Part shown: piece by piece, positions 14,427-28,773 of the stretch
Layout of the letters: the number at the start of each line of letters is the position of its first letter
Position numbering within the stretch: the stretch's first letter is position 1
DNA from: Eledone cirrhosa
Lineage: Eukaryota
Length of the DNA: 64,000 bases
Assembly (NCBI GenBank): GCA_964016885.1
Contig: OZ024746.1
Span: 84,692,001 to 84,756,000 of the forward strand
Reading direction: 5' to 3'
Notes under the pieces: generated by a model
Databases searched by the model: none
Told to the model about the DNA's origin: nothing
Seen by the model: only the letters and a program-made list of their open reading frames with translations
Program-made: the position numbers and the translations under genes

Positions 14427-14532
<106 letters not shown>

Positions 14533-14624
14533 CACGCACATAGCCATATATGTACATGCATAGACACACACACACATATATATATATACATATATATGTA
14601 TATATATATATGTGATTGTGTTTG

Positions 14625-14741
14625 AGAGAGGGTGGGCTGAAAAGTTCCTAGGCTGACTACGAAGGAATGATGCTAGAGCTGTGAAATCTTGCATGCATTT
14701 ATTTCAACTCTTCTTATTAATAACTGCATTGTTTCTTTCCA
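14625..14741 (+). mobile_element. mariner-like terminal fragment
   Basis: GAGGGTGGGCTGAAAAGTTC resembles mariner TIR starts; no partner TIR found. Confidence 0.4.
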
Positions 14742-14949
14742 TGAACTATGTTTATGAACAGAAAAAAGAAACACAAAAGAGAAAGTCATTGGGGAGGTCA
14801 CAAAATGTGTGACGAAAGAACTTTGACAAACGAATGAACAATAAAAAATAAAGATAAAGTGAAAATTATATGGTGAATGTGTTTCTTTCTATTGGCAACA
14901 TGACAATACCCAAATATAACAATGTCGGTTTCAATACACAATGTTACAC

Positions 14950-15046
<97 letters not shown>

Positions 15047-15342
15047 TGTGTGTGTAACATGATCGTTAAGATTTTTATGACTTTCATCATATATTCTCTC
15101 TACAGTTAAAAAAAAATAGTTTTCTAAAATTTTACTCAAAATTTTCTCAAATATGATACATTTTAAACATGCGAGATATGACAGAACTGTCTGCGGCAAT
15201 TGCTGAATAAAATGCATCATTTACATGAAAGTTTATACATTTATGTATACCTGCCCCCACACATGCATATATATATATATATATATATATACGTGTAATA
15301 ATAATGAATGAGATAATGAGCACTAAATAAATCTAAATTTCC

Positions 15343-15393
15343 TCTTGTCTGATGATCCTGTGAGTGCGCAGGTGAAACTCGAGAGTAACAGGG
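15343..15393 (+). ncRNA. Type I hammerhead ribozyme motif
   Basis: tcttgt-CTGATGA-t cctgtg agtg cgcagg t-GAAA-ctc ga gag-TA-acaggg: stem I 6 bp (2 G.U), stem II 6 bp with U.U base, stem III CTC/GAG, GUA triplet, predicted cut after 15387. Confidence 0.8.
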
Positions 15394-15458
15394 CTCACCA
15401 CTTAGCCATAATAAATTAACACACACACATACACATACAAGGCTGGTACATCGAAATG

Positions 15459-15662
15459 ATTCTTCTTCTTCTTCTTCTTCTTCTTCTTCTTCTTCTTCTT
15501 CTTCTTCTTCTTCTTCTTCTTCTTCTTCTTCTTCTTCTTCTTCTTCTTCTTCTCCTCCCCCTCCTCCTCCTTCTTCTTCTTCTTCTTCTTCTTCTTCTTC
15601 TTCTTCTTCTTCTTCTTCTTCTTCTTCTTCTTCTTCTTCTTCTTCTTCTTCTTCTTCTTCTT
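15459..15662. repeat. (TTC)n microsatellite
   Basis: Direct inspection; similar tracts at 8523-8570 and 42379-42530. Confidence 0.95.
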
Positions 15663-15664
15663 GT

Positions 15665-16975
15665 CAATTATTTAATCAAAACTTCTCGCAAAATTTTCTG
15701 TAATTTTTTCAAAATCTTTTCTCAGAATTTTCCTCAAAGTTTACTAAAAACATTCTGCCAAAATCTTATAAAACTTTCAACATTCTCTGAAACATTTAAA
15801 AAAAATTGCTTTCTAAGATTTTACTCAAATATTTTCCCAGACATTTCAAAGATATCCTCCCCGTATTACACATTTTCTTCAAAAGATTTTCATATATTTT
15901 CTTTAAAATTTTATCAAAATGTTTTCGAAGAAATTTCACCAAAATTCTTTCAAATATTTTCTCAAGATTTTTCGAAATATTTTCTCAACTGTTTCATCTA
16001 AGTTTATTTTTTTAAAATTCGCCAAAGTTTTATAAAAAAATTTCTACAAATATTCTCTCAAATTATTAATAAAAAATTAAAAGACTTACTTATAAACATT
16101 TTTGTTAAAATGTTCTTAATGTTTTATTCCAATATCTAACTGAAACATTTCTCAAAACTTTTATCAATTATTTCATCAAACTTTTCAACAAAATTTCATT
16201 AAATTTTTTCTCAAAATGTTTTCAAAAATTTAAAGTGTTTCCTAAAAAATATTCTCCAAATCTTTCGAAACTTTCCCCAGAATTTCATAAAAATCTGTCT
16301 GAAAAGTTTTCGAAACAATTTTTCCTCGAAATTTTCATTCAAGTTTTATCAAAATGTTTTCAAAAAGATTCATCAACATTTCTCGCAAAATTTTCCTCAA
16401 AGTTTACTAAAAACATTTTGCCAAAATTTCATAAAACTTTCATCATATATTCTCTCTACAGTTAAAAAAAATAGTTTTCTAAGATTTTACTCAAAATTTT
16501 CTCAAATATTTTCCCAAACATTTCAAAGATATCCTCTCCGCATTTCACATTTTCTTCGAAAATATTTCACCAAAAATTCTTTCAAATATTTTCTCCAGAT
16601 TTTTCATAATATTTTTTCAATTGTTTCATCTAAGTTTAATTTAAAAAAATTCGCCAGTTTTAACAAATATTCTTTCAAAATTATTAATAAAATGTTACAA
16701 AACTTTTCTATTAACATTTTTTTAAAAATCATAATTTTTTTTTTCTATCTAACTGAAACTTTTCTCAAAATTTTTGTCAAGTATTTCATCAAAATGTTCC
16801 ATAAACTTTCACCAAAGGTTTTCATTAAAATGTTTTCAAACAAAAATTTAAAGTCTTTCCAAAAAAATATTCGTCGAATATTTTTGAAAACTTAAAAAAA
16901 ATTTCTCTCAAAACGTTTTGAAACTTTTCCCAAAAATTTCATCAAAATTTTTCTGAAAAGCTTTCTCAAAATGTC
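15665..16975. repeat. A/T-tract-rich degenerate repeat with a ~0.63-0.66-kb internal duplication
   Basis: Recurrent aaaattttctc-type submotif. 15727-16280 is repeated at 16389-16950, and 15080-15155 is repeated at 16437-16510. Confidence 0.75.
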
Positions 16976-17004
16976 CTTCCCGTTCCGTATTACCATATCC
17001 ATTA

Positions 17005-17042
17005 CGAGCTGAGGATCCGCTAAGGTGAAACAATTGTTCTCG
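17005..17042 (+). ncRNA. Minimal type I hammerhead ribozyme motif
   Basis: cgag-CTGAGGA-t cc gctaa gg t-GAAA-c aatt g-TT-ctcg: palindromic stem III (CAATTG), GUU triplet, predicted cut after 17038. Stem I can extend via accata(16992)/tatggt(17049). Confidence 0.75.
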
Positions 17043-17090
17043 GTATGGTGAACTAACTGCTGTGTAACCACTTCTATATATATATATATA

Positions 17091-17139
<49 letters not shown>

Positions 17140-17159
17140 GTATATAATATACATACCCT

Positions 17160-17395
17160 CTAAAAACAATTTTTTTCCTCCCTTTTCTCCCCCCCCCTTT
17201 TTTTAATGTCTTTCCACCACTCCCCCTCACACCCTCGGAAACCTTTTCCTGCCCACTTTTCTCCTGATGAAGGGCTTATGCCCGAAACGTCGTCCCCCAC
17301 CCCCACCCTCAAGCATGAAACTAATATTAACATTTTGTACTGCCTCTTCGCTTCCACGTTGTTTTTTTGTTTTTGTTTACTGTTTCAACTTTAAA
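17160..17395 (+). mobile_element. pLTR-like repeat with degenerate hammerhead core
   Basis: CTGATGA-a gggc ttat gccc-GAAAC at 17264-17288 followed by ctcaagcatgaaactaata...tgtttac; a related segment lies at 51300-51487. Stem I does not pair. Confidence 0.45.
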
Positions 17396-17655
17396 ATATA
17401 TACATATATATATACATAATACAAATAGGGAAAACAATGAAATTAATACCCGTATTTTGTTTAATTTCATTGTTTTCACTATTTGTATTATTTTGACTCT
17501 GCTTCCAATGAATTATATCGTTGACATTTTGTATTTTAAACTTTGCTCCACGACATCTACACACAGATTACATTGAGTTCTCCATACGGTTTGGACCCTA
17601 CCATTAATTGGTGGATTTATCTGTGTATATATATATACATATATATATATATTAC

Positions 17656-17689
<34 letters not shown>

Positions 17690-18728
17690 CTGTGTGTGTG
17701 CATCTGTGTCTGTCTGTGTGTGCGTGTATATATACATATCCATAAGCATATACATACGTACGCATGCATATAGATATATGTGCGTGTGTGTAAATATCTA
17801 TAGACAGACATGCATAAACACAGTCAGACATGCATCCCGAATGTGGAAGGAGATGGGTGATACAATGCATGTGTATTATGTCTGTGCGTGTGTGCTCTTC
17901 CTGGTAAGGGTGGGTGGGTACTGAAGTAATATAGAGTGAGAGGATTGATGGATGTGTGTGCGCCTGTATGTGTGTGTCTAAATGTCTATTTATGTGTGTT
18001 TGTGTCTAGGTGGGTGGATACAGGGATGTCAGTGTGTTTGGGGTTAGGCGAAAGCTTACCAGGGGAAGCGGGAGCTTAAGCTTACCATTCATGTCGGTGC
18101 CCTATCACTCTGATTAACGTTGAGAGACCCTCGCCTCACTGGCTACAGAAGCTGTTGAGCGTGTATAATATGCTCATGTCACCAACGTCGGCAATAACAG
18201 CGCCAGCCAGCCTGCCAGTCAGCTTGTCCGCCTGTCAGTACGCCAGCCTGCCAGCTATTCCGTCGGCCAGCCAGGCGGACTGCCGGACTGCCAAACGGAC
18301 TATCTAGTAGAGGTGCCAATGAGGAAAGCTTCTAGATAGTCGCTCAATATGCTAGAAATCGCAGTACATTTCTCTAAAAGCACATACTATACCATCTTTT
18401 ATTCAATAAGAAAAATATACTTATTGATAAATTGCCTGAATAGATGGGATGGCCTCAGCTAAAATACATTTGATTATAATAAATATATGCAATATTACAG
18501 CTGATTAATCGATAAACAATAACAGCACCAACAACAGTAACAAAAAACAACAATAACAACTATTATCAATCATACTGATACGCTAAGTAACACGTTGAAA
18601 CTACTCACTCTTCAAGATTCTCTTTTCAAGAATACAGTGCTGACCATACTAAACTACCCGAACTGAATTGTTCGGCCGCACAGCCTGCCCGACCAACCAT
18701 TGTGTACTGTAGACCCATTCTGCAAGAG

Positions 18729-18871
18729 CAGTGGTTCCCAAAGGAGTGCCTGTAGTTCCGTGAAAAAAGTTAGAGGAGTTATATTTATATTACGACCATC
18801 TAACAATATTAGACTTTGGGGTTCCCCCAAAATTTCTGGACCACCAAAAAAAAAAGGTTTGGGAAACCCTC
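18729..18871. mobile_element. hAT (Charlie-like) MITE
   Basis: CAGTGGTTCCCAAA ... TTTGGGAAACCCTC TIRs with 8-bp flanks tgcaagag / tgctagag. Confidence 0.6.
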
Positions 18872-19304
18872 TGCTAGAGATACATAGAAGTATGCCCGAC
18901 TTCCGGACAACCATATTTCGATAAGAATACCCAGACTGCGAGATTGCTGTGTTGCAAAACTGCTTACATTACACGGCTGTCGCTAAGTATTTTGTTTGTC
19001 ATATAGAGTATGTGGCGGGGTGGCAGAGCGCTTAGAACGTTGGATAAAATGATTTGCAGTAATCGTTTCGGATCTTTGCTTTCATCCACTTGGAGTTGAT
19101 AAAAAAAGTATTGGTGTTGATTCCTCTTCGATATCTCTTTCTCATTTCCATTCTCTCACTCTGGAGGAAATCTGCTGTATTCAGACCTGGAGAGGTTGAA
19201 ATAAAATTCTATAGAAACGCCGTATGTCGATACAAGATGCATACAATATATATATATATATATATATATATCTATATATATATATATATGTAAGTATGCA
19301 TACA

Positions 19305-19335
<31 letters not shown>

Positions 19336-19338
<3 letters not shown>

Positions 19339-19469
19339 CGAAGGAAATGTGGTAAGGAACCAGGTGGACCATAACGCACCAAAGTACTCAATACTTGAGG
19401 TAGTAGAGTGGGTAATAGGTAATTAGCCGTCGAAACGGCTTGAGCTCAGCTGTCGGGGTCTTACTGGTT

Positions 19470-19471
<2 letters not shown>
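19336..19471. mobile_element. Short pLTR-like repeat with 3' half of a hammerhead, internally inverted
   Basis: 19421-19471 (..gtc GAAA cggc ttgagctca gctg TC ggggtc) is identical to 38851-38901. 19336-19420 is homologous to 38611-38697. Flanked by (TA)n. Confidence 0.6.
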
Positions 19472-19545
<74 letters not shown>

Positions 19546-19796
19546 AGTATATATATATATATATATTTCGTTTCTGAATTTGTTTAGCAAGATTCCTTAT
19601 CTGAAAACGTGTGTTGAAACCGATATTGTTATACTTTGGGAGGGTCATGTTGTCAATAAGAAACACACGCTATGGACATCGATATGTCCATATATATATA
19701 TATATATATAAATATATATATGGACATATCGATGTATTAACAGAGTGGAACACACTTCAACAACATGTGTACCTGTCTTTTCCACACTAATTCGGA

Positions 19797-19849
19797 CTGC
19801 CTGAAGAGGTCACAGCCAATAATAGCTGTCACCGAAATATCTATAGCAG
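19797..19849 (+). ncRNA. Type I hammerhead ribozyme motif, same family as palindrome C
   Basis: ctgc-CTGAAGA-ggtcacagc caataata gctgtcacc-GAAA-t atct a-TA-gcag. It sits in a solo copy (19721-19899) homologous to the right arm 51988-52172. Confidence 0.7.
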
Positions 19850-19894
19850 AGTATTTATTATAAATGAAGCCAAATTTTACATGTTTGACTTAAT

Positions 19895-19936
<42 letters not shown>

Positions 19937-20057
19937 ATTTTTATAGATGTATATTTGGACACTGGCATGCATATGTGTTTAAGTGATTTGCTTCGCGACT
20001 ATGTGGTAACGTGTTCAATCCTTATATAGTGGAATTCAGTAGGTGGAAATTGTGCGA

Positions 20058-20125
<68 letters not shown>

Positions 20126-21119
20126 ATGTTAGTGTGCATGCTCGTGTATATCGGCGGAGGATATATGTATATATATATATACATACATACTTATATATAT
20201 GCATATATATCATATGTATTTATGTATATACGCAAATAAACACATATACTGATGCATACATGCATATGTGCATTTATACATACATCAATGCATATATGTC
20301 CATATAAAAATGCATGAATAATCTGACTCAATGCTTTTGCTATGCACCCTTAATTCCTAGTCGCTCCTTATACATTTTACCTACGGTTTCAAACCGTTAT
20401 TAACAACCGGGAAAGGAGAGCGCCACCTCAGGCTGAAGTGTCCTTGACCCATTATATGAAGCAGATACCTTGTCTGGCGACACGATAATCCCTTAAGGCT
20501 TACTGGACGTTTTCAGTTCATTCCATCTAGCCATCAAGCCAGCCATACAGGCATGCTTTCATAAACGCATGCATGCACACATACAACTTGTGTTAGCACT
20601 CCGACGAAACAATCGTAAATATTCTAATGTTACTGCTGCATTTCTTGGTGTGCTATTTCTTACTGTTGAGCATACTTGGAACAGGATTCAGTGAGGAAGT
20701 TGTTATGCGAGAATCCTACCAGTTAGAAATAGCAGTCATATCTCCCCAAAATCATGACTTCCAACTTAAATAAATAAAAGAAATTGGAATATGTAGGACT
20801 GCGTAAATTATGCTTTAAAAAGATCGGGGTAAAGGATTTAACGCATTTTTTAAAACTATGAATACTCCATAAAGTTGCAGCAGAATGATCCACAGTACTT
20901 GATTTGATCTTTAATTTTCGACATTCGAAATGACAGGATTTGAATCCAGAACATAAAGAGACGACACTAAATCATTTCAAGTTATTATTTTCTGGCATTG
21001 AACCGTTTATTCCCTCAATCATCTGTTCATTAATTATTTCCAGTAATTGTTAAACAAAGAACAAAAAAAGTAAAGAAAGTTGAGGAAACTAAGCCTTTCT
21101 CGAAGACAACACATCTTTT

Positions 21120-21710
21120 TTTCTTTTCGGGTTATAGCTACTGTCACTCAGAGAGTGGGATTGGCTCAGTGCACAGTCTTTACTCACTTTAAAAAATATC
21201 TTCACGCACAGGCATTGCACGATAGAATTAATTAATAATTATTAATAATGGTATAACGTTCAATAGCCATACTCGATAACGAAGGGTCAGCCATCATCAT
21301 GTATGTATGTATATATGTATGTATGTATATGTGTGATACATGTATCCCAGTACAACCTGTCCCATGGTCGGGTCGTTGGCGACTAAACTGGCAACCCCAC
21401 CAAGATTTCTTGGTGAGGAGGGTGACTTTGGACATCCTGCAGGACTAAAACCAAAACCTGTCAAAGGGCAAAGGAGCTCTTAAGAGTCAATGGCCATCCA
21501 AAATCACCGGGAGAGATGGCCCCTTAGCCTTGACAAAGCAGAATTCTAGGAGAAGGAAAACTCTGATATAACACCTGCAACCCTGATGATATCAAATGAT
21601 GTTGACTTGTTCTTCTTTTTGGTAAATATCATCTTGGTTAAGAGAGTGGGACTGGCTTTGTGCAGTGCCTTTGCTCACTATAAAAGCTTCACGGCACAGG
21701 CATTGCTTTA
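21120..21710 (+). mobile_element. Two tandem fragments of the same RTE-like repeat
   Basis: 21120-21255 is nearly identical to 2255-2385; 21346-21710 covers both parts seen at 1647-2345. Confidence 0.6.
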
Positions 21711-22011
21711 TATCTGGAGATCTCTCTGCACTTGTCGTCACATGGTACCATGGGCCCAGCACTATGTGTCAATAATTGTCACAAGTGTAGTGTTTCTACC
21801 AGAGTTTTCAAGTCGCTGGCTAAACTAAAAAGTCACACTCGTTCAGCGCATCGGTAGGGGTTCTCCTACATGGATATAAAGTAGTGGCTGTACTCGAAAA
21901 CGAGTTGGCAGCCACCATATATATGTGTATGTATGTATGTATATTTGTATGTAAGTATGTATGTATGTATGTATGTATGTATGTATGTATGTATGTATGT
22001 ATGTATGTATG

Positions 22012-22567
22012 TTCTTCTGGTTTTATAATTTCACAAATTTTTTCCCAATAGAAAGAGAGTCGGTTTCTAACATAGACACAAGACTCTCTCACTGGAATTT
22101 ACACAACATCAACTAGGTAGATTATGTATGCATGCATGTGTAGATATGGATGTTATTGTATGTGTGGATGTGTATGTTTTGAGTTTTATGTGTGCATGTA
22201 TATATACTTTGTATCTGTACATGTGTATATGCAGTTATTAGATGCAAAATTTTTGGAATGTTTTACATATTTTTACTGTTCCATTAATGGATTGTACTTG
22301 TAATTTCCTAACTAGTTGTGTTCTTTCTGTTACTGTGAAACCTATCTTCTCAAGATTTGTATTGAGGCAGTTACTAACATACCCCAGTGCCCCAATAATT
22401 ACAGGCATAAATTTGAAAGTGTAATGAGGATGGAGTATCTGCAGATTTCTCATCAGTTCTGCATAAATATTCTCCTTTTCGCTAATCTTTGATATTATAT
22501 TGGCATCTGGTGGGCAGCTAATTTCCACTACTGTGCATGCTTTCATCTCCCTGTCCCATATCATAAT
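22012..22567 (-). mobile_element. 5'-truncated R4/Dong-like non-LTR retrotransposon (restriction-like endonuclease C-terminus + 3' UTR)
   Basis: Uninterrupted ORF 22238..22564: IWDREMKACTVVEISCP...EKENIY...MPVIIGALG, the (PD)..E...K..Y..PV.IGALG signature of RLE retrotransposons. About 225 nt of 3' UTR; both ends abut (TATG)n. Confidence 0.85.
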
Positions 22568-22788
22568 GTATGTATGTATGTATGTATGTATGTATGTATG
22601 TATGTATGTATGTATGTATGTATGTATGTATCTTTCAATTTTTAGACAAAAATGTATTTAGGTATCTGAAATTGTGCATAGGAGAACATCTTTTCAAGAA
22701 GGCCATAGACGATGGGACTTTTCCGCTTCTTTCTTTAAATCCAAGGAGAAATAGTTATTGCCGCCGAAAATACCAGCTCCTGCAGATG

Positions 22789-23270
<482 letters not shown>

Positions 23271-25280
23271 TCACACGCATACGTATGTATACGTGTTCAC
23301 ACAGAGACGCACACAGACAATAATATAACAATGAAACACCCCTCCCCACCTTTTTTATATATTTCGTATTATATATTTTTGTTTTATGACTAGCGGCTAT
23401 TATACGTAAATTAGTATTTTAATTAGCAGTTAATATAATATTTTAATATAATATATTGTATAACACATAAATCAATCAAGGAATTTAGCCAATTATTTTG
23501 AAATCAATCAATTTAAAATATATACGTATATACACGCTTAAAAATGAAAACTTAATTAATTAATAAAAAATGAAAACATTTCTAACAAAATTATAAATAA
23601 CTAATGTTTGTTATAGTCAGTAATTAAACTGTAACACAGGTAAAGTTAGGTACAAAGGCATGTACGGAGGATGGGAATTATATATTTACACATCAATTAG
23701 TGGATAATAAACATAATGCTATATTAATCTAAACACAGAGAGAGAGAGAGAGCGAGAGAGAGAGAGAGAGTGTGTGTGTGTGTGTGTGTGTTATATACAT
23801 AGAGAGCGCGGATGAAGAGAAGGGAGACATAGCAGGGGCAGAAAGAAGGGAAAGAGGGAGAGGGAGAGGGAGAGGGAGAGGGAGAGTATGAGAGAGAGAG
23901 TACGAGAGAGAGAGAGAGAGAGAGCAAGAGAGTTATATACTTAGAGAGAGAGTGAGATAGATAGATTGATAGAAAAAGAAAAAGAGAGAGAGAGAGAGAG
24001 AGAAATTGGGAGTAGCGAGAAGCTAATAACCCAGAAAGAAAGAAACAAAAATATAAATAAATAAATAAATCAAATAAACAAACGTAAGAGTATTGTTGAA
24101 GAAGCTGATCGTCATGCTTGATTTGCTGATCGTGTTGATGAAGCATGTCCGAGATGCAAGGCTGTCCAGTCGTGACATGTGCATCTTTTTCCTTGGTGCA
24201 GGGAACTCAGAACCACAGTGTGGGCTTTATTGAAACTGTGGGATGTCTTAAAATGGGGCTACAATTTCTAGTAGATCCAGCAAGCAAGCAAAGACTCTCT
24301 TGTTTGTTTCTATCCTCAACGGTAACTGCAATAGAACCATATATAAGTGAGGTCACTTTCCTGTGTAAAATGGTCCAGTTTACTTAGTGGATAATATATT
24401 CCACTATTAGGTACACACACTGTCATTTGTTGCAGGAATGTTAAATGATTTGGTTCATCTGTATCATATCAACACAAATTTGCTAGAAAATATTGTACCA
24501 GTACATGATAGTTATTCTATCATCTTCGTACGGATTAATAAAAAAACAAAGTTGCTTTTGGTGCTATTTTATATCAGAACGTAATGTAGTCGAAGTTAAA
24601 ATACACCATGGTATTCATTGCAAGAATTGTTAGGTGGTAGACGTAATACGTCACCTGGAAGATAGGGAAGTGGCAGGTGAGCCAATTGGTTGGACCCTAC
24701 GATTTTGAAGGGTTCATACACTTTGTTAGAAGTGAAAGTAAGGCATTTTAGTAAAGAATTATTTATACGTCGGTATAATCCTTTCATTCTGGTTTGTTAC
24801 TTTTAGCTACATTTTGTTCACTACATGTACATGTAATCCATATATATATCATTTGTATTTAATATAGATTATTAACAAACTGGAACCTTTCTTATAGGGC
24901 CTGAGCAGATTACCAGTTGAAATGGTGCCTATATTTTAAATCTGTTCTGAGCCTAATATCAGATTTGTACAGGCTCGGTAAGAGGATAAGATATCTTGAT
25001 GTACTACTTCCTATAGCTACAACCAGCAAACTGGACATCTTGCACAAGTTCATAAGCGCTGTTCTCCTCTGATTAAACTGTTACAAAATAAGCCCTCATT
25101 TAAACTTATGTCAATCCAGTACCTGATTGTACTTTAATTCTTCCCCAGGGGGAATAAAACAGATCTTTGTCTCTGCTGGGATATGAGATAAGAATGACGG
25201 CGATTGGACAAAATTAATATTGTTTAGAATTTAGTTATTTTTTTGTTTATTTGCTTATTTATCTTATGTAGGAGTTCGTA

Positions 25281-25470
25281 AATAATTGTTTCTACTTTTG
25301 GCACAAGGTCAGCAATTATCTCAGTGCATTACTGGTACTTTATTTTATCGACCCCGTAAGGATGAAAGGCAAAGTTAATCTCGGCGGGATTCGAACTCAG
25401 TCTGCAAAGGGGCCTAACTCTATGCTGCAAAGCATGGTGTCCGACCCCCACCAATACTGCCAATCCACCA
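25281..25470 (-). mobile_element. Major-family SINE
   Basis: Full consensus match on the minus strand. Confidence 0.9.
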
Positions 25471-25529
25471 CCATAAGTTTGTAAATAATATGTATCTAGA
25501 GGTTTCACACCTCTTTGTTTGGCAATAAC

Positions 25530-26175
25530 GATGAAAAGTTGACTTCGCTGAGAAGACAGTTGCTGTGAATGATGTTGCAGAAAGAGGTGTCAAACTCAGG
25601 ATTACAATAACATTCTCACAAAAGATGAAACTGAGAAACAATTTGTTTTACAGATCGTTACCGAAAATCGTAAAACATACCCAACTGACACTAAATCCTC
25701 TCTTATGCAAAAATAATGTTCAATATTCAGTGTTCAGTGTTCACATTATGTTTTTGATTCTATAGAAATTATTGTTGTAAATAAAAATGCGTTTCTCTTA
25801 TAGAAGTTATATTTAAGAAAATCTAATATTTCTTAAGTTTTTCATGTTATTTAAGGAATTTTTCAAATTAACTATTGGTAAATTTGATTCAGAACCTTTT
25901 TAAACATTTCCTGGGGTTGCCTGGATGTGTCCACATAAATTTCTCTAAGAAGAAAAAAGAAAATAGTCGAGATAGGGAACAGTATACCGCTTTTGAACAG
26001 AATTAATCGTTGCGTATACTATGTTCCAACTTCAAAGCGTTTGAGGGTCACCTAACAGTTGTCCGACTGAGCTGAAATTTTACACACCCCGTGTTTTTGT
26101 CAATTGAAACAGGAGGAGTAGGGGGTTGGAGCAGCAATATTTAAGCTTTCGGAAAATTACCTATTGCTAAGGGCC
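25530..26175 (+). mobile_element. Probable DNA-transposon 3' relic
   Basis: VNDVAERGVKL peptide at 25565-25597, a motif I associate with transposase C-termini; superfamily not assigned and limits approximate. Confidence 0.35.
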
Positions 26176-26497
26176 ATATATATATATATACTAATATTTT
26201 TTTACGGTTTTTATATATTTTTATATATATATATTATCCTTATCGAGCCCTCTTCGGATTTTAATCTTTACATTTATTATTATTACTATATATACAAGAG
26301 CAAGAATGAGGGGCTCATTCTACTGACATGGCATTAAAAAAGAGGGTGTTTGCATAATTGCAAACAAATTGAATATTATTATTAATATTCGAAAAACTCA
26401 GATTACATTCATATATATATTTTCATATATATATTTTCATTCTTTAGAAATCATCAGGATTTTTTAGAAATCATCAGTGATTCATGATGATTTCTAA

Positions 26498-26548
26498 AGA
26501 ATCCTGATGATTTCTAAAGAATGAAACAGTTCTAGTCCTGTAGAATCT
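26498..26548 (+). ncRNA. Type I hammerhead-like motif inside a short palindrome
   Basis: agaatc-CTGATGA-t ttc taaa gaa t-GAAA-cag ttctagtc ctg-TA-gaatct: stem I 5/6 bp, U.U-closed stem II, 3-bp stem III, GUA triplet. Its 5' half is duplicated in inverted orientation at 26435-26477. Confidence 0.6.
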
Positions 26549-26727
26549 CATCTATATTAAAATTTTATACTCTGCTATGTATCGAGTACCTTACTTACTG
26601 TGGTTACCTCCGATTCAACCCTGAATAACTTACCTGGAGTTGCGACCGATAGATAGTATTAGCAATTGGAAAGACCAACGGAAACATAGTTTCCTCGGTC
26701 CGATTTGACGAAAGTCGATCGACTAGA

Positions 26728-26760
<33 letters not shown>

Positions 26761-26770
26761 TATATATAAT

Positions 26771-26801
<31 letters not shown>

Positions 26802-26835
26802 GGATATATATATATATTTGTATATATATGTATAA

Positions 26836-26942
<107 letters not shown>

Positions 26943-27473
26943 AATCATACATACATCAAATATATATTAACAAAATATCCAGTCTGAACACCATTATATA
27001 TTGTACAGGTTTATTAGTTTCTTGTTCTATATCACAATTCTCACTACGACATATCAGTTTGTTTATTTGTATGATTTTTTTTCTTTTTTAAACTCTCAAC
27101 TTCCGTTTCCGGTTTTTTTATTTTTCAACATCGCTTCCTGTACGTTGTTCTTTTTGTTTTGTTGTGTTGTTTTTTTATAATACAAATAACAATAGAACTG
27201 TATTTATTGCAGTTTTGTGTTGGTGTTATTATTGTCTTTGTCATTGTTATTTTTTCAACTTTTAAAATTATCTTTTGTTTATAGTTCATGGATATTTTCA
27301 TGTTTCTTTTTTTATGTTCAACATTTGAATTTTTTCTTTTGTATTTGTTGTCTCCCATAATTTGTTCTCTTCTCTGTATTATTTCATGTGTTCATTGTCT
27401 CATTTTTTTTCCTTTTTGCCTTTCTTTTGGGCCATCTTTTTCATAAATAAAAGTTTCATCATTTCACTAAACA

Positions 27474-27565
<92 letters not shown>

Positions 27566-27570
27566 GTATG

Positions 27571-27605
<35 letters not shown>

Positions 27606-27634
27606 GCATGTATATATATATATATATATATATC

Positions 27635-27712
<78 letters not shown>

Positions 27713-27999
27713 TATATTTATATATATATATATATATTTATGTATTTATGTATATATATATGTTTGTATGTATGCATACATATATACATATATATATGGA
27801 TTAAAAATGGTATTGAATTTTTAAAAATGTAATTGATGAAGTTCGTTAAATGGATTTCACACAGATCATTTTAAATCTCATCTAGATCATTCTCGACATT
27901 AACATCCTGTTCATCCTTTTAATCATCTTCATCACCTTTGTCACAAACTACACCACCTTCATCACCATAATAATAGTTATAATAATTATAATACTCTTA

Positions 28000-28500
28000 A
28001 TAATTGTTTGAAAATAGGCACAAGGCCAGAAATGTGAATGTGGGTTGCCGATTGAACAGATCACAATACCTGATTGTTATGTTAATTTATCGACACCTGA
28101 AGAATGAAAGGCAAAGTTGACATTGGTGGGATTTGAACTGAGAAACATAAAGACTCGAGAAAAGATGGGTGAGGTGGAGATTAACTATGGTGATTTGATC
28201 AACTCCAGTATTTAGCTGGTACGTTAATTTACCGACGCCGGAAGTATGAAAGTCAAAATTGACCTCAGTCGACTTTGAACTGATTCAGAACCTTATGACC
28301 TGTTACAAAACACGAAAAGCTATTTTCCCTAACGCTCTATCGATAAATAATAATGATTTTTAAAAATTTAGGCAACAATTTCTAGGGTGAGAAAATCGAT
28401 TATATTGACCTTAGTATTTGACTAGTACTTTATTTTATTGATCCCGGAAATATGAAAGGCAAAGTTGACCTCCGTTTGATTTTAACTCAGAACCTTAAAG
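28000..28500 (-). mobile_element. Cluster of about 3 old diverged SINE copies
   Basis: Repeated atgaaag.caaa.ttgac...tttgaact motif. Confidence 0.65.
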
Positions 28501-28691
28501 CCGTTTGTCTTGCTTCCTCTGAATAATTATAATCACCAAAATGCCTCATCTCTCTTTTTCCTCATCCTCCTCCCCAATTTTAGCATCATCTTTCCCCGTT
28601 CTTCCACTATAAATTTACTCAGTAGACACCTAATCCTTCATATAAATTAAACAATTTCATTAAACATCTATTGGCTACACACACACACACA

Positions 28692-28728
<37 letters not shown>

Positions 28729-28736
28729 GTTTAAAT

Positions 28737-28773
<37 letters not shown>

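Noticed and set aside
21360-21430. Possible HDV-like ribozyme at the 5' end of the RTE-like repeat
   Set aside because: A hairpin (caccaag...cttggtg) is visible but I could not build the nested double pseudoknot by eye; an RNAMotif or Infernal search would be needed.
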